From IMG/VR virus record IMGVR_UViG_3300048998_000312, positions 1 through 63,058 of that record: 63,058 nucleotides of DNA; one strand, given 5' to 3'. The position numbers and the translations under genes are program-made. Position 1 is the first letter of the stretch. The number at the start of each line of letters is the position of its first letter. This DNA comes from a virus. Lineage: Duplodnaviria; Caudoviricetes. A model generated the notes under the pieces. The model worked only from the letters and a program-made list of their open reading frames with translations, had not been told where the DNA came from and ran no database searches. Positions 56,928 through 63,058 of this stretch are shown in pieces.

Positions 56928-57166
56928 GGCACGCGCCGGCGATCTTCGCGGCTTCGCTCCTCACGATCTCGTGCGCCGCGAGCTGGGGCGCGCCGAACGA
57001 CAAGACGCCGGCGTACGACCTTCAGTGCGGCGCCGACACGTGCGATTACCGCTACTACGAATGCTCGGTGTCCAAGCCGACGCGATGCGAGTACGTCGGC
57101 GACCGGAACTTCGGGAAGGCGCGTGATGCGGGCGTCCCGCCGACAGGCGACGCCGCAACGCCGTGA
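56924..57166 (+). CDS. Cys-rich lipoprotein candidate
   Basis: LLTISC lipobox-like, four further Cys. Confidence 0.55.
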   Translation: MRHAPAIFAASLLTISCAASWGAPNDKTPAYDLQCGADTCDYRYYECSVSKPTRCEYVGDRNFGKARDAGVPPTGDAATP

Positions 57167-57348
57167 CCTTCGCCGTCGGCGATCGCGTGCGGCTGCGTAA
57201 GCCCGCGAGCCATCGCGGGGTGTTCACCGTGAAGGAAGCCGTCGGCGAATCGTGCGTGATTGCGCCGAAAGGTGCCGACCACCCGCGCTTCCTCATGGCG
57301 CAGTGCGATCTCGAGCCCGTGCCGGCCGACGAAAGGGAACGCGAATGA
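57163..57348 (+). CDS. Small SH3/KOW-like protein
   Basis: FAVGDRVRL..DLEPV. Confidence 0.55.
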   Translation: MTFAVGDRVRLRKPASHRGVFTVKEAVGESCVIAPKGADHPRFLMAQCDLEPVPADERERE

Positions 57349-58208
57349 TGCTCCACACCCCGCGCTTCGGCCGCGGCTGGCGCCCGGACACCGAGGTTCG
57401 CCAGGGCGTGCTCACGCCGAAGCGCTTCGCCGCGAGCGGGCCGCTTCCCAAGGAGTGGATTGGGCTCATGGACTTCGTCGGCGGCCGAAGGGTCGACGCG
57501 CTCCCGCAGCTCGATCAGACGTCGACGAGCCGCTGCGTGGCCTTCTCGCTCGCCGAGCTTGTGTGGACGGACCGCCGCGCGAAGGGCGCCCCGGGCGTCG
57601 TGCTCGATATCCAAAAAGCCTATGTGATGGCGCAGCGATGGGAACAGAAGCGGCTAGGCCGCCGAATCCCGATCGTCGACGAGGGCCTTCAGCCGACGGA
57701 CATCGTCGAGATGTCGGCGCATTACGGCGCGCTCACGCTCTCCAACATCACGCCAGGCGGAATCGCACGCGCAACCGACGCCGCGCACGTGCTCGACGAC
57801 GTGCCGCTCGAAGCGTACGAGCAGGCGGCCGAGCACAAGATCGAGGGCTGGCACCGCACGGTCGACGACGCGGCGACGGACGTCATCCTTGATGAAGCCA
57901 AGCGCTTCGCCTACGCGGGCATTTGCGGCATGGCGGGCTTCGATCTCGACCCGCCGTTCGAGGATTACGCGAGCGGTGTTTGGCGCCGCGACGCTCACCG
58001 CGCTTCGGCCGGCCGGCACATGCTCTCCGGCCCCTACGGCTGGAGCGACTCGATGCGCGCCGTCGCGATGCTCAATCATTGGCAAATCGCGGCCGGTATT
58101 TCGTGGGGCGATCACGGCTTCGTCTGGGTGGCCTACGAGACGTTCGCGAGCTCGTACGTCTCCGACAGGCTCTTCGTGACGACCGTGCCGCTTCTGGAGG
58201 CGGCATGA
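57345..58208 (+). CDS. Papain-like (C1) cysteine peptidase
   Basis: DQTSTSRCVAFS (Q..C), GRHML, LNHW..SWGDHGF. Confidence 0.8.
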   Translation: MMLHTPRFGRGWRPDTEVRQGVLTPKRFAASGPLPKEWIGLMDFVGGRRVDALPQLDQTSTSRCVAFSLAELVWTDRRAKGAPGVVLDIQKAYVMAQRWEQKRLGRRIPIVDEGLQPTDIVEMSAHYGALTLSNITPGGIARATDAAHVLDDVPLEAYEQAAEHKIEGWHRTVDDAATDVILDEAKRFAYAGICGMAGFDLDPPFEDYASGVWRRDAHRASAGRHMLSGPYGWSDSMRAVAMLNHWQIAAGISWGDHGFVWVAYETFASSYVSDRLFVTTVPLLEAA

Positions 58209-58513
58209 AGCGCATGCTCCTTGTGCTCCTCGCGCTCGTCGCATGCACCCGCGCGGCACCGCTGCCCGCCGGCACGCCCGGGCCAGGTGATCCGCCCTAC
58301 GCGGACGACGAGCCCGACGCTGTCACGCACGGCGACGCGTGCGCCATCGCTGGGCGCCGCCTTTACGAGTGCCATTGCCCCGAGCTTCGGCGCGTCGTCG
58401 GGATGACGTTCCCTGCGTTTTGCCGTGACCGCGGGCCAGCGATCGACAGCGCGTGCATCGCGTCCCACGCGTGCGCGGACCTCGCGCAATGCGGCGTGGG
58501 CTGCGGGAAATAG
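58205..58513 (+). CDS. Cys-rich lipoprotein
   Basis: MKRMLLVLLALVAC lipobox; eight downstream Cys. Confidence 0.75.
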   Translation: MKRMLLVLLALVACTRAAPLPAGTPGPGDPPYADDEPDAVTHGDACAIAGRRLYECHCPELRRVVGMTFPAFCRDRGPAIDSACIASHACADLAQCGVGCGK

Positions 58514-58520
58514 CGGAGCC

Positions 58521-58661
58521 GTGACCAAGCCAGAATCCCCACTCGAGGGCGTCACCGGCTTTCTGGTCCTCATCGGCGCAATCCTTCTCGCCGCGCTCAT
58601 CGCCGAGCCGGCCTCGTCATGCAGCTCGCAGCCGGATCCCATTCACCATGATCGACGCTGA
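58521..58661 (+). CDS. Small membrane protein
   Basis: GGAG RBS, one TM helix. Confidence 0.45.
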   Translation: MTKPESPLEGVTGFLVLIGAILLAALIAEPASSCSSQPDPIHHDRR

Positions 58662-58869
58662 CGAACGGCCCGAGGAAATCGGCACGGCCGACACCGACCC
58701 GCCGGCGCCAATCTGGGGCGACCTCGCCGTGCGCCGAGGGCGGGACGGCCGCGTTCACGTGCAGATCCTCGACTCCGTCGGGTGCGTCGTCGGCGTCGTG
58801 ACCCTCACGGCTGCCACCGCAAACAAGCGCGCGATCGACATGATCGTCGCCGCCGACGACCGCGCGTAA
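58648..58869 (+). CDS. Hypothetical protein
   Basis: Packed ORF. Confidence 0.55.
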   Translation: MIDADERPEEIGTADTDPPAPIWGDLAVRRGRDGRVHVQILDSVGCVVGVVTLTAATANKRAIDMIVAADDRA

Positions 58870-59183
58870 TGGCAATCACGCTTCGCTACGTCCCCGCGCT
58901 TACCGGTGACGGCAATTGCTTCACCGCGCGCATGGACGGCGACGTGATCCTCATCTCGGCGCAGCTTCGACGGACCGACGTCTCGCGCGTGCTGCCGATG
59001 ATTCTCCCCGCGTGGCTCGACGCGCGCGGACGCACCCGGCCGAAGCACTACGACCGCGACATCTTCGCGCTCTACCGGCGCGATGACGGGGCCTTCTCGA
59101 TGCCCGGTGTGTCGTTCGGGCCGGGCGATCGCGAGGAGCTCTCGTTCATCGACGTGCCGCACGAAGTCTCGCAATTCTGGTGA
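58869..59183 (+). CDS. Hypothetical protein
   Basis: TAATG coupling. Confidence 0.6.
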   Translation: MAITLRYVPALTGDGNCFTARMDGDVILISAQLRRTDVSRVLPMILPAWLDARGRTRPKHYDRDIFALYRRDDGAFSMPGVSFGPGDREELSFIDVPHEVSQFW

Positions 59184-59283
59184 GGTGCCCCGTGGAAGAT
59201 CACGACGAGGACGACGCGCGCGAGAAGCCGCCGAGCGAGCGCGACACGCTGCCGGGGCCGCTCGAGAATGACGAGGACGGGCA

Positions 59284-59463
59284 ATGACGGCCGCCGAGGT
59301 CGATACCGACGGCGTGCCGGCCGGAACGCGGGTCGCCGCGGAGAGGTGCCCCGAGCCGAAGTGCGGGGCGAAGTGCGATCTTTGTTCGGGACAGCGCATC
59401 GTGCCCTCGTTCATCGCGCGCATGTTCCGCTGGGGGCAGGCGCAGGGCGGGACGGAGCGGTGA
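59284..59463 (+). CDS. Small Zn-ribbon protein
   Basis: CPEPKC..CDLCSG; GTGA overlap with lysozyme. Confidence 0.45.
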   Translation: MTAAEVDTDGVPAGTRVAAERCPEPKCGAKCDLCSGQRIVPSFIARMFRWGQAQGGTER

Positions 59464-60059
59464 GGACGATCTCGGACTTCGGAATCGACCTTACCGTTCG
59501 GCGCGAGGGCGGATTCAGACTCCGAACGTACCGCGACCAACTCGGGAAAGAGACCATCGCGCTCGGCCATCTGCTGCGGCCCGGCGAGTCCTATCCCAAT
59601 GGGATCACGATGGCGCAGGCACGCGAGATCTTTCGACGCGACATGAATAACGTCGTCGACGCCATCGACCGCCTCATCACCTACCCACTGACGCAGCGGC
59701 AGTTCGACTGCACCTGCGCCCTTGTTTTCAATATTGGCGTGGGCGCGCTCGAGCGTTCGCACTTGCGAGTACGCCTCAATGCGGACGACGTCGGCACCGC
59801 GACGCGCGACAAGGACGGCAAGCTCGTCTACACCGGCGCGATGAAGGAGTGGGCCGAGTACGTCCACGGCGTCGACAAGGACACGAAGCAGAAGATTGTG
59901 GTGCCCGAGCTCGTCTCGCGGCGCGCCGAGGAGATCGCGATCTTCCTCAGCGACGTCCGCCGCGACGTGAACCCCGCCACCGCGCCGGACATGCGCGACG
60001 CCACGCTGAGCGAGATGAGCTTCGGTCGTGATGACGACGAGCCGAAGGGCGCCGCATAA
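59460..60059 (+). CDS. Endolysin, GH24 lysozyme
   Basis: REG..YRD..GKETI..GH, LTQRQFD..LVFNIG.GA, L..RR.EE..IF. Confidence 0.9.
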   Translation: MRTISDFGIDLTVRREGGFRLRTYRDQLGKETIALGHLLRPGESYPNGITMAQAREIFRRDMNNVVDAIDRLITYPLTQRQFDCTCALVFNIGVGALERSHLRVRLNADDVGTATRDKDGKLVYTGAMKEWAEYVHGVDKDTKQKIVVPELVSRRAEEIAIFLSDVRRDVNPATAPDMRDATLSEMSFGRDDDEPKGAA

Positions 60060-60090
60060 TCGCCGCCTAGCTTCCGAAGCCGACATAGCC

Positions 60091-60123
60091 AAGGCCCGCC
60101 CTCTTCGGAGGTGCGGGCCTTTT
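60091..60123. terminator. Intrinsic terminator between convergent operons
   Basis: AAGGCCCGC-CCTC-TTCG-GAGG-T-GCGGGCC-TTTT. Confidence 0.85.
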
Positions 60124-60125
60124 CG

Positions 60126-60392
60126 CTATTTTGGGCATTCGAATTCGAACGTCACCCGCGCGAGGTTCGGATCGGCATCGGGCCAATGAAACACGTTCAA
60201 CTCGTGCCACATCGCCATCGCGCCCGGCTTCAACCCCGGCACACCCGCGTCGTCGTCGTAATCGAGCACGTCGCCGGCCTCCTCGCAGAATTGCTCGGCC
60301 GCCTTCGTGCCGAGATGAACGGCGACGGGCATGTAGCCGGACAGTTCGTGGATCCGGCGCACTTCATCGGCGAGGCGTTCGGTGATCTTCAT
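60126..60392 (-). CDS. Hypothetical protein
   Basis: ATGA coupling. Confidence 0.6.
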   Translation of the reverse strand: MKITERLADEVRRIHELSGYMPVAVHLGTKAAEQFCEEAGDVLDYDDDAGVPGLKPGAMAMWHELNVFHWPDADPNLARVTFEFECPK

Positions 60393-60745
60393 CCGGGCTC
60401 CAATCGTCGAATGACCCAGGCGTGGCCGCAGTCGATGCAGTGAATCACCCGGCCGCCGTCGAAAATCAGGAAGGGCGTCGTCTTCCTCGAGTGGCACTCG
60501 GAACATGACGCCGACGTGAACCCGTCCGGGATCGTCCCTGCGTACGGCGCGATCTCAGCGACCGCGAGCCACGTCGTCACGAACGCATCGTCCCAGTGCT
60601 TCGCGATGTACGTCGACGGCGGGACCGGCCCCTTCAAGCGCGCCCGGTAGTAGGCGCGAAGTTGGTCCGCCTTCAGCCGCTCCCCGCGGGCCACGAACCA
60701 GCGGCCGAGCGCAACGACGGCGGCGAGGGGAGGCGCGGTCGCCAA
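60389..60745 (-). CDS. Hypothetical Zn-ribbon protein
   Basis: CSEC..CIDCG. Confidence 0.6.
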   Translation of the reverse strand: MATAPPLAAVVALGRWFVARGERLKADQLRAYYRARLKGPVPPSTYIAKHWDDAFVTTWLAVAEIAPYAGTIPDGFTSASCSECHSRKTTPFLIFDGGRVIHCIDCGHAWVIRRLEPG

Positions 60746-60746
60746 C

Positions 60747-61211
60747 CTAGGGGCCGACGAAGGTCACGCTTTGGCCCTGAGGGCACGTGACTCCCACGGC
60801 GCCATCCCTAACGTAGACGGTGCTTGCGCCATACGGGAACGCCGTAGCGACACCGGCAGGCGCCGCGGGTGTAGCGAAGAGGGCAACGACGGTGGCGAGC
60901 TCCGCGGCCGTCTTGCCCGGATAGCTGTGCACGGCGAAGTACAAGCCGCCGATCAGCGTTGAACAAGGCTCGGATGCAGAGCCCGCACCTGGCGCTGCGG
61001 TTGGAACACTCGTCGGGGCACTTGTCGGCGCCGACGTTGGCGCAGCCGTTGGTGTTGGCGTCGCGGTAGGCGAAGCGGTTGGATCCGGCGTCGCCACCGG
61101 AGCGGGAGCGCTGCCGCTGTCGGTCGCTCCTTCGGCCGTTATGGCGCCCGAGGAACTGCACGCCGCCACAACGAGCAAGGCCGGAACCGCGAACCACCGA
61201 ATCGAGATCAT
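60747..61211 (-). CDS. Lipoprotein with Pro/Thr linker (superinfection exclusion/lysogenic conversion candidate)
   Basis: VVAAC lipobox, PTSA repeats, GGAGG RBS. Confidence 0.7.
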   Translation of the reverse strand: MISIRWFAVPALLVVAACSSSGAITAEGATDSGSAPAPVATPDPTASPTATPTPTAAPTSAPTSAPTSVPTAAPGAGSASEPCSTLIGGLYFAVHSYPGKTAAELATVVALFATPAAPAGVATAFPYGASTVYVRDGAVGVTCPQGQSVTFVGP

Positions 61212-61375
61212 GGGTCATTCCTCCCGCGGCCAGCACCCGCCGGCCAAATTCCCCGCAACGACAAGGACGGACGGGCGAGCCCAAAACATGAGCCCGACCG
61301 CAATTCTTTGGCTTCTTGACCGGTATTGGTGGGCGCCCGAAGCACACCCGGCGCGCGTGTGGATTGAGGGGGCGC

Positions 61376-61642
61376 TTATTCGGGAGCGAGCGCGCGAAGG
61401 GCACAGATCGCCGATCGGGCACTGATGTTGACCGTCTCGAAGGCTCGCGCTTTCTGCTCCTCTTCGGGGAACCGGGCAAATGAGGCTCGGTATGACTCGG
61501 CCCCCAGCGCCGTCCGCCGCAGGGCGTTCTCCACCATCGCGCGCATCTCGGGCGGCAACTCACGCCAGATTGCGATCGCCTCCCGTGCGGTCTCCCGCTC
61601 CTTCTCGCGACGGCGGCAGTAGCGCTCGACGAGGTCGTTCAT
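61376..61642 (-). CDS. Hypothetical protein
   Basis: GGAG RBS, ATGA overlap. Confidence 0.6.
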   Translation of the reverse strand: MNDLVERYCRRREKERETAREAIAIWRELPPEMRAMVENALRRTALGAESYRASFARFPEEEQKARAFETVNISARSAICALRALAPE

Positions 61643-62238
61643 CGAATCGACTCCAGAACTTCGATCGCCGCAGTCATAGCTCGGGCCGTCTCGCGACTGG
61701 CGGGCACGTCGTCGAGCTCGGACGCCCACGCCAGCTCGCTCTTCAATGAGCCAATCACTTGCGCTCGCTGGTGATCCTCGAGCTCGCGCCAGACCGCGAA
61801 CTGGGTGGTCCGCTCGTTCAGAAGCACATCGCGATGACGGGCGGCGGCGTCGGCGCGGGCGTTCGCGTCGTCACGCTCCCGCACGACGCGCCGAGCGGCG
61901 TCGAAAGCGACCTCGCCCGGGACAGCCCCGAGCACCTCCCGAAGTAACTCGAAGTGCATTGCTTCGGCGCGCACAGCGTCGCGCTCTCGGACGAGGGTGC
62001 GTGCCGCCTCCGACGTCGAAGTGAGGCTCGGCCCGAGCCCCAACGCTTCTCGCGTGGCAAGGAGTTCGCTGCGCGCGGCGAAGAGCGCCTCGAGAACGGG
62101 ACCAAACGTGGGCTCTGGCTCTGCGAGGCGTTCGATGAAATCGACGATCACGTTCGCCCGCACGTCCGGCGTGCATCCCTGCGTTTCGTTGAACCGTCCG
62201 ACGAGCCATCGCCGGTCCGCGTCGCTCGCGCGCCTCAT
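61639..62238 (-). CDS. Hypothetical coiled-coil protein
   Basis: Internal repeat AARTLVRERDA/AARRVVRERDD. Confidence 0.65.
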   Translation of the reverse strand: MRRASDADRRWLVGRFNETQGCTPDVRANVIVDFIERLAEPEPTFGPVLEALFAARSELLATREALGLGPSLTSTSEAARTLVRERDAVRAEAMHFELLREVLGAVPGEVAFDAARRVVRERDDANARADAAARHRDVLLNERTTQFAVWRELEDHQRAQVIGSLKSELAWASELDDVPASRETARAMTAAIEVLESIR

Positions 62239-62513
62239 CGGCCCTCCGCGCGTGCGAGCAACGCGCCGAGCTCGCAGTCGGCCCCGTGTTCGAAATGCCC
62301 GCAGAACGGGCACGGCCCGCGCTGCAAATATTGGAGCATCCGGTACATCTCCGGCGCGAGCGCCGCAAGCCGCGCCATTGCGCGTGTGTCCATGACTCCG
62401 ATGAGATCGCCCGCATCGTCGGGGGCTCCGGCACGATCGCAATACAGCGTTCGGCCGACCTTCCGGCCGATGCGCCAGGTCTGCTCAAGGACGTCGACAT
62501 CGCGCGCGCTCAT
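62235..62513 (-). CDS. Hypothetical Zn-finger protein
   Basis: WRIGRKVGRTLY; ARLAALAPE..CPFC..H...C. Confidence 0.65.
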   Translation of the reverse strand: MSARDVDVLEQTWRIGRKVGRTLYCDRAGAPDDAGDLIGVMDTRAMARLAALAPEMYRMLQYLQRGPCPFCGHFEHGADCELGALLARAEGR

Positions 62514-62875
62514 CGCCCCTCCGCCTTCCTGATCGCCGCGTCGAGCGTGCAGCCCTCCCGATGCGCCCGCGTGTCCGACTCCTCCTCGGCGAAGCACGCC
62601 GTGCAGGTCGGGCACCGGTCGTAGCCCCCGGGGTGCCGCGTCCACTCGACCGCCCGAAGCTCGCGCAGGAGATCGGGCGCGGCGGACGCGAGCCTGGCGC
62701 GGGCGTTCGCTCTCTCCTGCCCGACGGCTGTGGAGAACCGGCCGATGTGGAGGCCCTTCGACCAGACGTGCTCGTAGGAGGGGCGCCACTCTTCGGAGGT
62801 GGGGAGAATCCGCGGTGCCATCGGGCGCCGCTCGGCTACGTCACACGTCGAAGCTTCTGTCTCGTCTGTCGCCAT
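62510..62875 (-). CDS. Hypothetical Zn-finger protein
   Basis: ARLASAAPDLL..CPTC..H...C..AIRKAEG. Confidence 0.65.
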   Translation of the reverse strand: MATDETEASTCDVAERRPMAPRILPTSEEWRPSYEHVWSKGLHIGRFSTAVGQERANARARLASAAPDLLRELRAVEWTRHPGGYDRCPTCTACFAEEESDTRAHREGCTLDAAIRKAEGR

Positions 62876-62906
62876 GCACGAACCCCGCTCTCATGGGGAA
62901 ATCCGC

Positions 62907-62952
62907 GCATGTTTGCTGATCATCTCTTTCAAAGGATGATCGCCAAACATGC
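62907..62952. other. attP candidate for the serine integrase
   Basis: GCATGTTTG-CT-GATCATC-TC-TT[TC]AA-AG-GATGATC-GC-CAAACATGC: 18 of 22 symmetric pairs around a central TC, just past the int stop. Confidence 0.8.
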
Positions 62953-63057
62953 AGCCCAAAACCGACCCTACGCCGTCTGCTTCTCCGCGAGGAACGTAAA
63001 GGGAAGCGCCCGGCCGAGCGTGTCCTTGGTCAGGATCCCGTGCACCTTGCACGCGCC
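62932..63057. repeat. Terminal overlap (copy 2)
   Basis: Identical to 1-126. Confidence 0.95.
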
Positions 63058-63058
63058 A

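Noticed and set aside
62932-63058. Terminal repeat as a biological direct terminal repeat
   Set aside because: The 126-bp length matches a typical assembler k-mer overlap and it cuts through attP and the int 3' end; treated as a circularity artefact

Overview
The window is a complete or near-complete ~62.9 kb genome of a high-GC temperate phage. Bases 1-126 recur at 62932-63057, so the contig is circular, and it opens inside a near-perfect 46-bp inverted repeat that looks like the attP site of the adjacent large serine integrase. Gene order: integrase; a leftward early arm (many small Zn-finger ORFs, Ead/Ea22-like, HNH, RecT, YqaJ); a CI/Cro-like switch with twin promoters; antirepressor; inverted hicBA; two orphan adenine methyltransferases; initiator with internal iterons; DnaB; RuvC-like resolvase; putative late regulators; terminase; Mu-type (DUF935) portal; HK97-type protease; capsid; Mu-like contractile tail and baseplate; fibres; an expanded lysis region (papain-like peptidase, several Cys-rich lipoproteins, GH24 lysozyme); and a leftward arm ending at attP. 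Composition and protein style suggest a myxobacterial (Polyangiales-like) host, which is inference only. Most notable observations: an early operon that integration would cut at attP, a -1 frameshift giving two equal-length tail-chaperone C-termini followed by a paralogous chaperone, a methyltransferase lacking a specificity domain, a ~100-nt structured or MITE-like element, and a sigma-54-like promoter. All calls come from motif recognition by eye; no searches were run.
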